Assembly (NCBI GenBank): GCA_013265495.1
Contig: MU058039.1
Location: 250,591 to 314,590, forward strand
Length of the DNA stretch: 64,000 nt
Reading direction: 5' to 3'
DNA from: Vicugna vicugna
Taxonomy: Eukaryota
The notes under the pieces were generated by a model. It saw only the letters and a list, made by a program, of their open reading frames with translations. It was not told the DNA's origin and did no database searches. The translations under genes were made by a program, and so were the position numbers. The first letter of the stretch is position 1. Each line of letters opens with the position of its first letter. This document shows, piece by piece, positions 26,087 to 42,360 of this stretch.

Positions 26087-27045
26087 AAACTTAGTCTCAT
26101 GTGTCCATCTGCCTTCTCCACATTTCCATTTCAAAGTCTAAAAAACATATTAAGTTTATAATATTTAAAACTGAACTCTGGTTCTTCTGTACCTCACTAC
26201 CTACATCTGCTATATCCATAGCCTTTTCCATCAGTGTTGATGGCTATTCCATCCTTTCATTGTTCAGACCATAAACTTTGAAGGCATGGTTGTCTGTCTC
26301 TTTCTGTCACATTCTGTATCCAGTCTGTAAGGATATCCTCTTGGCTTTTCCTACAAAATACACCTAGACTCTGACCACCTCTCTATACCTCCATTGATAT
26401 CTCTCTGGTCTGAATCATTACCATCTCTCATGTTGATTGCTACAGTAATAGGTCCCCTTGCTTCTCCCCTTGCTTTCCACTTTCCAGTATTTTCATTAAA
26501 CCGTAACTAGACATCACTTCTATACACATAACACTTCAGTGGTTCTCCATCTCACTCAGAGTAAAAGCTATATTCCTTAGGAGACCTATAAAACTTAAAT
26601 AATCTGATTATCCTTTACCCCCTGACTTCATCTTCTACTACATAGTCCTCTCCAGCCACACTGGCTTTCTTGCTATTCCTCAAAGAAACCAAACATGCTT
26701 CTACTTTTAGGCTATTTCTTCTTCCCAGAATGTTCTTTTTCCAGATATCTAAGTGACTAACTTGTTTTACTTCCTTCACATCTTTGCTTTAACGTTAACT
26801 TTTTAATGATTCCTACCTTTGACTTATCCAAACTCCTGATCTCTCTTATCCTACTTTTCTTTTGGCCTAGCACTTAAGTGCCTTCTAACATACAATAAAA
26901 TTTACTTATTTAACATTTATTTCCTATCTCCTCCAAGAACATAAGGTCCATGTAGTTAAGGATCTTTGTTTTGTTTACTCTGATATCAGAAGCATCTAGA
27001 ACAGTACCTGGCACAAGTTTCAATTAATGTTCTTGAAAGAAGCAA
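26087..27045 (+). mobile_element. LINE-2 3' region (continues 24870-25033)
   Basis: L2 motifs ending agcatctagaacagtacctggcaca. Confidence 0.7.
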
Positions 27046-27312
27046 CTAGATGAATGGAGATTATTTGAATTCCTGTATTATCCATACATGCATAAAATTA
27101 GAACCAAGTCCAACCACCTATGTAATTCCTTCTTGACCTGATAGTTACCTTGTTGATGTTCTTAATAATTCTCATCATTCCTTCTCAAGTTTCTGTATGA
27201 CCTATTTTCAGTTTATGTTCTTATACACATCAGAACTAGAAAAGCTAGTGTTCTTGTGGGCATTATTTGCTATTAAATTCACAAACTCCACTTTATGAAT
27301 GTACCTTCATAA

Positions 27313-28722
<1,410 letters not shown>

Positions 28723-29149
28723 ACTCTCATTAGTACTTCTGGAATTTATACTCATTTTCTCCATCTCTAATGTTGCCTTCCTAGTCTTAAGTTTTGTCTT
28801 ACTGGATCACTGCTATAGCTTTCTAACAGGTTTCTAACAGCTTTCTGAGCCAACTTCTGGTCCCGTTAAATTCATTTCCCACCAGGCATCCAAACTGATC
28901 TTTTTGAAGTGTAAGAATACACATATCACTGCCTCCAGTTAGAAGTTTTTTTTGGCTTGCTGTTGTTCTTAAGCTAACGTTCAGTCTTTTAAACTGTCTA
29001 TGAGGAACTTCTTTGATTCTTGTTTTGTTTGTTTCTTTTTTGAGCACAGGTGGACACCATAATTGGCAATGTCTGATTCTTACATACTTTTCCGCCTTAT
29101 TTTATTCCAGTCTCCCTCTCTGGGCACTAGGCACTTCCCAAGACTAAGA

Positions 29150-29490
29150 GCTTAGATTCTGGAAAATCATAGCTCTACTACTACTGTGGCTTTGTGTGAC
29201 TGAGTAATTTGCTTGACTTATCTAAACCTCAGGGTTTTCTTTAATTCTTAAAATAGGGATAATAAAGGATATTGTAGAAATGTGAGTATTAAATGAAGTA
29301 GTCTCTATTGTAGATTGGTGCATATTAGGTAAGAAATTTGCATGTAAAGTACTTAACATAGTGCATCAAATATTGCAAATATTCAGTTAAATAATAATAG
29401 CTAACATGTATTGAGTGCTTACTAGGCACTAGGCACTGTTCTCCATACTCAACATATATTAACTCATTTACTCCTTACAGCTAAAATATG
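29150..29490. mobile_element. MIR fragments downstream of the ZNF570 stop
   Basis: cttgacttatctaaacctcagggttttc...aaaatagggataata and ataatagctaacatgtattgagtgcttactaggcac...ttaactcattta. Confidence 0.6.
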
Positions 29491-31389
29491 ATTCCTTAGT
29501 GGACAAAGCAGAACATCCATGCAAAGCAGCAGGTCAGAATTGGGAAAACCTAAACATTTTGGACTATAAGTGGGAGTGTTTGGACTCTAAGTGAGTGTTG
29601 ATACAGACACAAATAGTGGAACTCTAACACTTAAAACCAGTTTTAGGATGTTTCTAAAGAGAATGAGTTGGATAAACCAATTAAAGAAAATTAAGATTCA
29701 CTGAGACGAATACAGAACTTACATTTAGATCAAGACAAGAACAGAGAGGACTGCTATTTACTCCCAAAAGCCAATAAACATAGAAATTTGTACTGTACCA
29801 TAAGAAAGCATCAGCCCCAGGTAATTATGTGGGTGAATCTAGGTAATTTCAAAAGCATTTAAACTGTTACATACCATAGAAAAAGAACAAAGTTTGTAAA
29901 AATTTTTATCAAGTGGCTGTAAAATGAAACTAAAAGGGGATTGAGGGAAGAAAACTACAAACTACTCAATATTCACTGAATGTGTAGATATATTGAATAG
30001 CTCCAATTTGCCAGATACTGTTTTAGGTGTGAGGAGACAACATGATCAATACAAAGACCGTGTCCTCATGGAGTTAAATTCCGGAGGCTGAGAAAGTTAA
30101 TGCTTAAATATAAAACAATTGATTTTGTAGACCCAGAAAACTAAAGAATAACAAAATAAATTGAAGCATATGAAACAGCCTAGGCTGAAGAGACTCAATA
30201 AAGTTATCAGTTAACTCCTAATTCACAGATTCATTGCAGTTCCAACCAGAATTCCTGAATGGGCATTTTTGCCCCTTAATTTCACAATTTTGTTTTCAAA
30301 TTCATCTATGAAGTATGAATTCTCAAGAACAGCAAGAAAATTATTGAATCTGATCTATTTATAGAAATTCTGCATATGATAAAAATGGTTTATACCAGTA
30401 GAGAAAGTATAGTATAATTGACAATATACATCACAGTAATAAGGGAAACAAACACAAGTAAAACCACAGTAACTATTTCAAAATCATCACATTGACAAAA
30501 GCATCACAGTACCAATTACCAGAAAGATGTGAAGCAATGGGAATAATGTACAGTGCATTTGGAAATAGTTTTTTAAAAAGGATAATTTGTCAATGTTTAG
30601 TAAAGTTGAAGATGTGGATACTCTGACTCAGCAATTCTGCACTTGAACCTCTACAGAGTCTCTCGTGTTCAGGGAGATGTACATGAAAACCCACTTCAGT
30701 GTTGTTTGTGAGAATGAAAGCAATCAGAATTACCATTAGGGTTTAAAAATGTTAGAACTCAAAATGAACAAACTAGAGATACAGATACATCTCAGAAACT
30801 ATGGAAACTGAACTAGAGGGTAATTTGTATGATATAGTTCCACTTATTTATATAAAGTTTGAAAACATGCAAATCAACGCTGTATTTTCCATGGCTAAAT
30901 ACCATATGGAAATTGTGTAATAACATTCATGGAAATGATCATCAAATTGTGATGACCTCTGGAGAGGGAGAAAAATGAGACTGAGGTGAGGATGCAAAGG
31001 GAGATATCTTTTCATCACTTATATGCCTAAAAAATTAATATGGGTAATTCTTCTAAGTTGATAAAGCTGATTGTGGGTTTTTATTCTTTGTATCTTTCTG
31101 TATATTTAAACTATTTCATAATTAAAACATTTAAGTAATGTCTTCCTTTTGTCATTTCTTTACTATACCTCACGTATGCCATATTCACCATTCATCCAGA
31201 CCATATTCACCGTTTTCTTCAGAAAGAAACTCATATACAGTCGACTTCCAGATGTAAACACTGTTAACAATTTGGTGATCATCCTTTCAGGAATCAGTGT
31301 TTTGAGGAATACTGTTTTCACACTGAGGATTTTATAGCCTACTAATGACACGTTATTATCCCTGTTAGTCTCCCCCATCCCCAGTGGCT

Positions 31390-32630
31390 TTGAGGTATGA
31401 TTGACAGAATTGTATATATTTAAAGTGTACAATGAAATGTTTTGATATATTTATACATTGTGAAGTGATTACTACAATCAAGCTAATTAACATATCCATC
31501 ACCTCACATACCTACCATTTGTGTGTGTGGTAAGAACATCTGAGATCTACTGCCTTTGCAAATACCAAGTATACAATACATTATTATTAACTATAGTTAC
31601 CATGGTATACATTAGACCTTACTCATCTTGTAACTGAAAGTTTGTGCCCTTTGATCAATATCTCCCTCCCTGCTGCCCCCCATCCCTAGCCTCTGGTAAC
31701 CACCATTCTGCTCTCTTATTATGAGTTCAACTGTTTTTTTAGAGTTCACATGTGACTGAGATAATATGGTATTTGTCTTTTTGTGTCTGGCTTATTTCCT
31801 TTAGCATAATGCCCTCCAGGTTTATCCATGTCATGTTCTCGTAAGTGGCAGGATCTCCCTTTTTAAGGCTGAATAATATCACATTGTATATATACATCAC
31901 ATTTCCTTTATCCATCTGTCTACAGACACTAAGGTAGTTTCCATATCTAGGTTACTGTTAATAATGCTGTAACGAACATGGAGCTGCAGATATCACTTTG
32001 AGATCCTGATTTCATTTCCTTTGACTATATACTCAGAAGTGGGATTGCTGGGTCATATGGCAGTTCTAATTTTAATTTTTTGAGAAACCTCCATACTGTT
32101 TTCAATAATGGATGTACCAATTTACAATCCCACCAAAAATGCACAAGGGTTCACTTTTCTCCACACCCTGCCAACACTTGTTATTTTGTTGTCTTTTTGA
32201 TGATAGCCATTCTGACAGATGTGAGGTGGTATCTGATTGTGGTTTTGATTTGCATTTGTCTAATGATCAGTGATGGGTGTGGAATCTAAACAAAGAGAAA
32301 AACCCAAACAAAACAAAATGAAAACAGACTTACAGATACAGAGAACAAATGGATGGTTGCCAGAAGGGAGGAGGTGGGGTTATGGGGGTAGGGGAACTAG
32401 ATGAAGGGGATTAAGAGGTTCAAACCTGCAGTTACATAATAAATAAGTCATGGAGATGTCATATACAGCATAAAGAAGATGGTCAATAATATTGACTAAC
32501 TTTGTATGAGGACAAATGGCTTCTAGACTTATAAGGATCATTTCACAATGTATGCAAATGTCAAATTATTATGTAGTACATTTGAAACTAACATAGTATT
32601 TATTGTAGGTCAACTATTTCAACAAAAAAT
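31390..32630. mobile_element. Two abutting L1 3' ends (antisense 31390-32275, sense 32277-32630)
   Basis: Antisense L1MA-like UTR and ORF2 end, then an orientation switch at ...cagtgatgg|gtgtggaatctaaac into a different sense 3' UTR. Confidence 0.8.
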
Positions 32631-32989
32631 TAAGTTTTCCCATAATTCTTGACTTCTCAAAGAGTAAACCTCCAATTATTACTGCTTAAACTCCTATTTC
32701 TGTTCTTGTAACTACTGAAATACGTCTATGTGTAGTCCTGAGGATCTTCTGATATTCAGTGTCATTTATTCACTTGGACTTTTTCACCTAAATCTCAAAC
32801 CTTAAATGTCCCAAGGCAATTGCATCATATAAAAAATATATATTATATATATATTTATATATTTAAACCAAACCAGGTCTTCTGATTTCTCTTTATATGT
32901 TAATGCCACTGTTAACCCTCCAATTCAGTCAAGCTTAAAACTAAAATTTCAAATGTTGTCTAAACAACCATCTATAGTATCCATTTGAA

Positions 32990-34420
32990 AACTTATTGTG
33001 GAACTTTATGTGAATACTTATGTGGGCATATTATTGTTCTCATTACTTTAGACGCTAAAGTTTTGGATCAGATTTAATGTTCTCTATAAAGGTCAAGCAC
33101 ATTTTGGCTGAATTTATTCCTAGGCATTTTATTTCTTATTGTTATTATTATAAATCGTGTTTTTTTTAAGTACATTATCTTATTCTTTCTTGCTGATATA
33201 TGAAAACATGATGGATTTTTGTTTAGAATTATATTCCACACCTCTCTTATTACTATTACTTCTAATAATTTATAGATTTAAATTCTTTGGGGTTTTCTAT
33301 ATCCTCTCTCAATAAAGAAAAGTTCTTTCACAGTAATCTTTTTATTGTGTCTTCTGGTTTCTTCCCTCCCCTTGCCTTCTCTCCTCCCTTCCCAACTCCC
33401 TCCCTCCATTTCTTCCTTCCCTTCTTTCTGTTACACATGTTTTCTTCATCTTGCTAGAACCACAGTATAATGCTGAATAGAAATAAATATCCTTGTCTTG
33501 TTTCTAATTTATAAGGAAAAGTAATTCTAATGTGTTACCTTTAAGTATGATGTTTACTGTAGGTTTTTGAGGTAGATACCCTTTATCAGGTTAATGAATT
33601 TTCTCTCAGTTAAAAAGAAACAGTTCTGAATTTTACAAATGTTTTTGAACCTCTTAAGATTATAATATGATTTCTATTTAAGCAATTAATGTGGTAGATT
33701 GTGCTAGTAGATTTTCTAATGTTAAGCTAACCTTAAATTATAGGGATAAACCAACTGCATCATGATGTGTCTGTGTATGCATGTATAAAAGCTGTATTTA
33801 TTTTCTAATTTTCAGTTATTTTGAATTTATAATCATATATAAGATTGACATCTAATTTTCCTTTCCTTTTAAAATTCATGTCTGTTATTGCCCCTGTGGT
33901 ATTATTGGCTTTATATAATGAGTCGATGGACATTTTCTCCTATTCTCTGGAAGAATTGGTATGCAAATGGAATTGTTTCTTCAAAATTTGGGGAAACTGT
34001 CCAGTAAAATTGTCTGCCCTGATGTTTCTTTGGGGAGGGTAAGTTTAGTTTTTCTGATTCTTCACTGTCTATTTACATTTTTTTTTTTGGTCACTTTGGT
34101 AACTTATTTCTCTAAAAAACTTTTCATAACTACTATGTTTTCAAACTTATTAGCATGGGTTTTTTTTTTAATAATATTCTCTCATTTTGTATATCTCTAC
34201 TATACCTCTTATTGTGTTTCTACTTTTATTTCTAATAATATTTGTACCTTCAACTCCTTTTTAAAATCAGTCTTGTCAACACATCTTATATTTTATTAGT
34301 CTTTTAATGAACTGTCTGTATTTTGTCCATTTTTGTTGCTATGCTTTCTAGTTCATTAATTTCTACACTTATTTTCATTTCCTTTCTTTGAGTTTTCTGA
34401 AGCCCTTCAGGAATAGACAG
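32990..34420 (-). mobile_element. Old decayed L1 ORF2 region
   Basis: T-rich antisense L1 motifs (ctgaatttattcctagg; tttaagtatgatgtttactgtaggtttt; tctggaagaattggt). Confidence 0.55.
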
Positions 34421-34525
34421 CTTTGTCAGTTCTGAATGGACTGCCATCTTTGTATAGGTGTCTGTGCACAGACGTGTGCACTGGGGTTAGCAGGCCGGGC
34501 TGTGCTCTCCAAACTAATCCTTCTC

Positions 34526-36183
34526 AGAGCTGGATCAAGATGGCAGAATAGAAGGATGCAGAGCTCACCTCTTCCCATAAATACATCAAAAATACATCTA
34601 CATGTGGAACAGTTCTCACAGAATACCTACTGAAATCTGGCAGAAGATCTTATACAATCAAGTCTGTGGAAAAGATCATCACATAACCAGGTAGGATGAG
34701 ACAAAAAAAAAAAAAGAATCAGAGCAGGACCTGCACCACTGGGAGGAAGCTGTGGAAGAGGAAAGTTTCCCTCACCCTGGGAAGCCCCTTCACCAGCGGG
34801 AAGATCAGCCTGGACAGAAAGGGAGCCTCAGAGGCTTGGAGGAGAGCACAGCAGCTGGTCTGCAGCAGGCAGAACAGAGAGAGACTGACACAGAGGATCC
34901 CCAGCCCGAGCCAGGAGCCTGCTGGTGCAGGCAGCGGCTGGTACTGAAACCTGAGCTTTGGAGAACAGACCCAGGGAGAGAACTGGGGTTGGCTGCGTGA
35001 GGACAGCCTGAAGAGGCTGGAGTGTGGTGTGGGCTGGGGTTGGGAGAATGTGCAGCAGAGCCCAGGTCTACCATAAGAAGCCCCATTGTTGGTGTGCCCG
35101 AATGGAGGGGCAGGACCCCATCATAGAAGCCTCCTTCTCAGCTTGCTCACAGCCAGGGCAGCGCCACTTGTAAGAGCTCTGGGAGCACTGACACCTCGCC
35201 CTAAGGGGAGGCAAGGCTGAAATCTGAGCCCATTTCCTTGGGCAATAGGACTGCAGCATTGGGGCTGAAATCTGAGCCATGTCCCAGGCAGCTTTGGTGG
35301 ATTTATGCTGCCAATGCCTTTGTAAATTCAACACCTGTGGGGAATCAGAGCAGATTATTGGTAATAATCTGGTAATAAACAGCTGGGGCGTTAGCATTGG
35401 ATGCACGCACTAGGAGGTGGGGCTGGGGTCAGGGTTGACTCCCTAGCTCCCAAAGCAGATCCAAGTGTATGACTATGCATGATCCTGGCAGGTCTTGGTG
35501 CCTGACTTCAGCAGATCTGCACTGGTGGCTTTCTGAGCGCAGCACCTGAGGGACATCCAGGCTGCCTGCATTTCCACAGCTGAAGCAGGGCCGAGGCTGC
35601 ACCAACAACAGTATATATACTCTGTGAGCCCACATGTGGGTGACAAGCAGCACCACAGAGAGCACTTCCCAGTGGACATCTCCTGTGGGGGCATACTCAA
35701 CAACAAAAAAAGCAAACAACTCAATCAAAAAATGGGAAGAAGACTGAAATAGACATTTCTCCAAAGACATACAGATGGCCATTAGGCACATAAAAAGATG
35801 TTCAATATCACTAATTATTAGAGAAATTCAAATCAAAACCACAATAAGGTATCACCTTACACTGGTCAGAATGGCCATCATTAAAAGTCCACAAATGATA
35901 AATACTGGAGAGGGTGTGGAGAAAAGGCAACCCTCCTACACTGTTAGTGGGAATGTAATTTGGTGCAGCTGCTATGCAGAACAGTATGAAGATTCCTTAG
36001 AAAACTAAAAATAGAGATACTGTATGATCCAGCAATTCCACTCATGGGCATATATCCAGAGAAACTAATTTGAAAAGAAACATGTACCCCAGTGTTCACA
36101 GCAGCATTATTTACAATAGCCAAGACACTGAAGCAATCAATCTAAGTGTCCATCAGCAGATGAATGGGTAAAGAAAATGTGGT

Positions 36184-36216
<33 letters not shown>

Positions 36217-36650
36217 GGAATACTACTCAGGCATAAAAAAGAATGAAAATGTCATTTGCAGTGAATGAATGGACCTAGAGATCATCATACAAGTGAAGTA
36301 AGTCAGACAAAGACAAATATATATCACTTATATGTGGAACAAAAAAATGATACAAATGAACATATTTATAAATCAGAAAGAGACTCACAGACATAGAAAA
36401 GAATCTTATGGTTATCAAAGGGAAAGGATAAATTAGGAGTTTGGTATTAGCAGATACAAAGTACTGTGTTTAAAATAGATTAACAATGAGGTCCTACTGT
36501 ATAGCACAGGGAACTATATTCAATATCTTGTAATAACCTATTATGAAAATGAATATGAAAAAAAATATGTGTATATATAACTGAATCAGTATAGTGTACA
36601 TGAGAAACTAATACATTGTAAATCACTGACACTTCAATAAAACGAAATCT
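34526..36650 (+). mobile_element. L1 5' UTR joined directly to the ORF2 C-terminus and 3' UTR
   Basis: Starts gagctggatcaagatggc (YY1-like L1 5' end) and stays GC-rich to ~35690, then reads [29 protein letters not shown] and a 3' UTR ending caataaaa. Confidence 0.8.
36186..36214. repeat. (CA)n microsatellite
   Basis: Perfect AC run of about 14 units inside L1. Confidence 0.9.
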
Positions 36651-38379
36651 CCAATAAAAAGGGAATGTATATTCTGCTGTTAGTGGGTGGAATGTCCTAT
36701 AAATATTTAATCACAGTTCTAAGGCTAAAATAAAGGAAAAATGAGCAATGTCACTGAGATCATATTTGTATTTATGTCCTGATATGTGTATGTAAGTTTT
36801 CTATAGGGTATATATTTATTCTATATCTATATGCTGAATATATCTATATGCTAAGTCATTGGACATGTGTTGTCATTCAGACTAATAGGTACTGCCTATG
36901 TCTCCAGGGTAGTTACAATATTCACTCTCACCAGCAGATAAAATTCCCATTTCTCCAAATCCTCATCAACTCTTGATACTTGACAACTTTATTTTTGCCA
37001 ATGGACGTTTGTGAGAATGTATCTGTGTAGTTCTGGTTCAAATCCTTGATTACTAATGAGAATGAACAATTTTTCTTATGTTTATTGGTAATTTATGATT
37101 TCTTTTCTGTAAAATGCATATGAATTTCTACACTTGTCAATTATTTGAGTATTTCTGACTGAAAGGAGTCTGTATTTTCTGGATATTCATCCATCCTTAT
37201 GCCAGTGATCAATTTACCACCACATAGCTCCAAATTCACTTTTCAGTACCTGCTGTGCTATAATGGACTGGCTTCTCAGCATTTTCTCCTTTACAGTGAG
37301 CATGATGTTAAGATTTTCAATAGGCTTCTCTTATTGGGCCTGGTGTGCAGTGCTTTGCTTTTTCTTGCTCCTCCTGTACAGTTGTTAGTAGTGTGGGTCT
37401 ATGAGAACATTCAGTGATGTTCTGCCCCAGCCCTGTACCTAGAGAGCATATAGTCCCTTGGTAGCTCTGCAGTCCAGCCAAGGCCAAGTGACCACTTTCC
37501 CGGTGCAGATAATGTGAACTGTAGCCCTTGCAGCAGCTTCTGACTCTCTCTAGGTGTCCACATACCAGTTGTGGGTCATGTATACCCTTTGTGGTTTCCC
37601 AGGGCCCTTTCAATGTAGACGCTGTGTTCTCCAAGCCTTATACCTGCACCTCAGCTCTACCAGTTGCATCTCAGTTATGTCTGACAGGTTTGTTTTCTGC
37701 TTGCATAATGACTATAGATCTGCTCTGGCCAGGGAAACCCACCTAATTTCTCTACTATCCAGTGAGGCTGACACCACACCTTCTATGAAGCTTGAACCCC
37801 AGACTTAGAGATGGGTCCCACCTTCAAAATTTATCCTTTCTCTGAGATTCTTCAGCCTTTGGGTAACTTCAGAGTTCTTTTACATCGTATAATTACTTTT
37901 ACTATAGTTTAATATTTATTTATATTCCATCTTGGTCCATAACTGGAAGTAAAATATATCCCTTAATAGCCACATTAAGTATTTACATTAACTGGCATTA
38001 ATAATACATTAGGATTTATTTCTGTAGTCTTATGGAAATTACACTTTGGGCAACTGAGAGGGGATTTGCATATCACTTCTGATAATATTTCACTTAGTCA
38101 CAGGACCATAATTGATAGGGGAGAATGGGAAATCTGCTGTCTGGCCGGGTAGCCAGGAGCTCATGTGGTAAATGAGAAATTTAGAATTCTGGCAGAATTA
38201 TGGTACATCAATAAAAGAATAATATATAGCTATAAGAATAATATACTACCATAAAAATAAAGAAACCATATCTGAGAGGACTCAGGGACAATATATATTT
38301 TGCAAGAATGTCCACCAAAATATATCCCATCTTATATACTTTACTTAAAACATGACACTCTCCCATCAAGATGTACCTG

Positions 38380-39590
38380 CCTAGTATGATCTTGACATTG
38401 GTCTTAGCAATCTTTTTGGATCTGTCTCCTCATGCAAGGGAAACAAGAGCCAAAATAAATAGCACTACATCAAACTAAAAAGCTTTTACACGGTGAAGGA
38501 AGCTATCAACAAAACAAAAAGGCAGCTTACTGAATGGGAGAAAATAGGTGCAAATGATATAGGGGTTAATATACAAAATATACAAAGACGTCATACAACT
38601 CAACATCAAAATCCAACAACCTAGTTTAAAAATGGGTAGAGGACCTGAATAGACATTTTTCCAAAGAAGACCTACAGATGGCCAACAGACACATGAAAAG
38701 ATGCTCAGCATCACTAATCATTAGGGAAATGCAAATCAAAACCACAATGAGATACCACCTCACACCTGTCAGAATGGTTATTATCAAAAAGACAACAAAT
38801 AGCAAGTGTTGGCAAGTATGTGGTGAAAAGGGACCCCTTTTGCATTGTTGATGGGATTGTAAATTGATGCAGCCACTATGTAAAACAGTATAGAAGAGCC
38901 TCCAAAAGTTAAAAATAGAACTTCCATAGGATCTAGCAATTTCACGTCTGAGTATTTACCCAAAGAAAACAAAAACACTAATTCAAGAAGATATACGCTT
39001 CCCAGTGTTCACTACAGCATTATTTACAAGCCAAGATACAGAAGCAACCTAAGTGTCCGTAGATAGGTGAATGGATAAAGATGTGGTATATATACTCAAT
39101 GGAATATTATTCAGCCATAAAAAATGAAATCTTGCCATTTTTGATAACACGTATGGATGTAGGGTATTATGCTACATGAAATAAGTCAGAGAAAGACAAA
39201 TACCTTATGATCTCAATTATATGTAGAATCTAAAAACAAACAAAATGAAAATAGACTCACAGATACAGAGAACAGGTGGGTGGTTGCCAGAGGGGAGGAT
39301 GGGTGTGTGTGTGTGGGGGGAAATAGGTGAATGGGATTACCAGGTACAAATCTCTAGTTATAAAATAAATAAGCATGCGAATATAATATACAACATAAGG
39401 AATGTGGTCAATAATATTATAATAACTTTGTATAGGGACAAATGGCTACTAGATTTATCAAGGCTATCATTTCATAATGTATGCAAATACCAAATATGTA
39501 TTACACCCAAAATTAACATAATATTGTATGTCAACTGTATTTCAGTAAGAAAAAACATAAATTAAGTACTCCAGAAATTTAAAAAAAAAA
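38380..39590 (+). mobile_element. 5'-truncated L1 inserted in an MLT1-like LTR
   Basis: ORF2 C-terminus and 3' UTR with poly(A) at ~39581-39590; gtacctg repeated on both sides (~38373 and ~39592). Confidence 0.85.
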
Positions 39591-39598
39591 GGTACCTG

Positions 39599-40130
39599 AT
39601 TAAAGCAATAGAGAATGGCAGAAGTGGGATTATGTTACTTGCAAGGCTGGGTATAGAAGCATCTTTCTGGCATATTCTTTTTTCCAAATATGGCCACAAT
39701 ATATCTCATACTTCAAGCTCTTAACAATGTGACACTTCTCTCATTGAGTTGTAACGGCAGCAAGACCATAAAAATCACATGCATTTCCACCTTCTTCTTT
39801 GGGACACACTCTTGAAACCCAAGTCACCATACTAAGCAGCCACACAGAGATATCACCTGTAGGTATTGTGGGTGACCATCCTGCGGTCAGGTTGACAGCC
39901 AGAATCAACTGCCAGGCAGGTGAGCAAGTGAGTCTTTTGATGATTCTAATCTTCAGCCATCAACTGACCCCTAACTTTCAAGACACCCCATCCGAGGCTC
40001 TGTGGATCAGAGATGAGCTGCTAGTGCCAAGTACTGTCCAGATTTTATAGATTTGTGAGCTAAATAAATGATTATTGTATTTTAAGCCAAGTTTGGGGCA
40101 GTTGTTACACAGCAATAGAAACTGGAATGA
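39599..40130 (+). mobile_element. MaLR MLT1-like LTR (5' part at ~38290-38379)
   Basis: Terminal motif gatttgtgagctaaataaatgattattgtattttaagcca...ggggcagttgttacacagcaataga. Confidence 0.75.
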
Positions 40131-40439
40131 CTGTCAAAATATGTAAGCAAAAAAGCAAAGCACATTTAAAACATAGAATATATAATTTATACATTTTTAA
40201 AAAGCAAATGGAAAAAGACTACATTCTAGGTATGTATTTTATATATTTTCATAACATACATAGTTTCATATATATCCTTGGAAAATTTACATTAATGGGT
40301 CATTTCCTGATGGATTTGTATCACAGCCTGGGGATTGTTTGGGTATTTAAGTCGTAGGCTGTTTGGGTTTTATTAGCAAAACATTTCCCTAAAAAAATCA
40401 GTAGGCTTTCAAACTACAGATGTTTAATTACAAAGCCAA

Positions 40440-42360
40440 AATCTTGTGTAAAGGTAATTTTAAGCCTGATGATTCCTTTTGCTTACTGGCCCCTTTGTTC
40501 TTTCACTTTTCTAGCCTTTTAACATTCTTAGGTAATTATACTGTACATTAAATAATCTCTCTTTAGTGACTGTTTCATCTTTTTTAAGCCCCATTCTCAT
40601 CTTCCATACTTTCAGTTAACCTTGTTTATTGCTTCATGAAAGCTCTGAAGGATCAGAACACTTTCCAAGACTTCTTCAAACTCATTTACCCACTTCCCAG
40701 CATTTGCACCCCATATTCTGCCATTCTATTCTCAGGAATAAACTTTCCATGGTATCACCTAAAAAACTAATCCCTCCATCCACTACTAATCTTATCCACT
40801 CCCATCTACACAAAGTCATTGCCCTAGAAATTCTCACTTTTCTGTCCTGAATCATACACCCCCCCATTATTCCAATAAGCATAGGGAATTGCTATTCCTT
40901 CTCCCATCGTGAAAACAAACACTCCCATTGCTACACTACACTAATTATTAACATATTTGCTTCCTTTTGCAGCAAAAACATCTGAAAGCAGCAGTTTCTA
41001 TACTCATTGTCTCCAGTTTCTATTCTCTTATTAAGCTATTACTTCAATTTTTCCAAAACAAACTAAAATATCCCTGCTCTTTTCAAGGTCAACAGTAACA
41101 CCAATATTGCCAAATCCAATAGCCTATTTTCAAGCCTTGTTCAATGCAACCTGCTAACGGTATCTGATATCATCAATCAGCCTCCCTTTGACTCACTTTC
41201 ATTTGGCTTCTGTAATGCCACACTGTCTTGGTTTCCTTCCATCTCTCTCATCCTCTGTAGCATCTTTTGCTGGCCTGTCCTTTTATCCATGAACTCTTAA
41301 TGTTAGAACACAATGTGAATCAATCATTGCCATTCTTCCTTTCCCTATTTACACAGAGGCCTTTAATGGTCTTATCCTGCCTCCTTATTTTAAATAAGTA
41401 TAGGCAATGACTACCAAGTTAATATAATCTCTACAACAGTACAAGCTGGAAGATCCAAGCACATACTCAATGTTGTCATTTTGTGTCTAAAAGACATTTC
41501 AAACTCAACATGTTCAAATTTGAACTCCTCCCAGTCTTCTCCCACAAACCTGATGGAACTGCAGATTTCTCCATCTCGGCTAATGGGAACACATCTTTCC
41601 AACTGCTTGAGACCAAAACCTTTGAGTTAATGTCACCCTGTACCTTTCCTTTCACAACTGACATCCAGCCCCTAAACAAATCTTGTCTGCTCTATCACAT
41701 TTACCGTCTCTCTAAAACCCAACCACTTCTCCCCGTTGTTACCACTCTGGTCTGAGCCACCCTCATCTCTCATCTGAATTAATGCCATAGCCTCCTACCC
41801 ATTTCATTTTTCTTTTAAAAAACAAAACAAAACCAACAACACAATAGCAGAATGTCAGATCATGTCCTCTGCTCAGAACTCTCCAATGGCTGCCAATTTC
41901 CCTCAGAATGAAATCCGAAATGCTTACAATAAAAGGTCTTACAAGATATGGCCCTGTTATCTCTGTGAGCTCCTCCATCGATCATCCCCTGGCACAGACC
42001 TATACAATAGCTTCCCTGCTGTCCCTCACATACACTAGCACAGTCCCGCTGTCGGGCTCTAGCTTTCTCCTGTCTGGTACGCTCTTCCTTTAGATAACCA
42101 CTGACTTGCTCCCTCACACCTTCAAATCTTGACTCAACTCTTCCCTTCATGGTCTACCCTGATCATTCTATTTCATGTAGTGACATAAATTGTGATATTC
42201 CTCTCAACTCCTTTTGAATAACCTTTTCCCCCACACCATTTACATTCTAACATACTCTACAGTTTATTATTCCATCTCCTCCTGCTACAGTAGTTCATTG
42301 ATATATCCCAAACACCTGCAATAGTGGCTGGAATAGTAAGTACTTAATAAATATGACTAA
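40440..42360 (+). mobile_element. LINE-2, ~1.9 kb decayed
   Basis: L2 motifs (catttcaaactcaacatgttcaaa; cagatcatgtcctctgctcagaactctccaatggc) and 3' end gtacttaataaatat. Confidence 0.75.
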
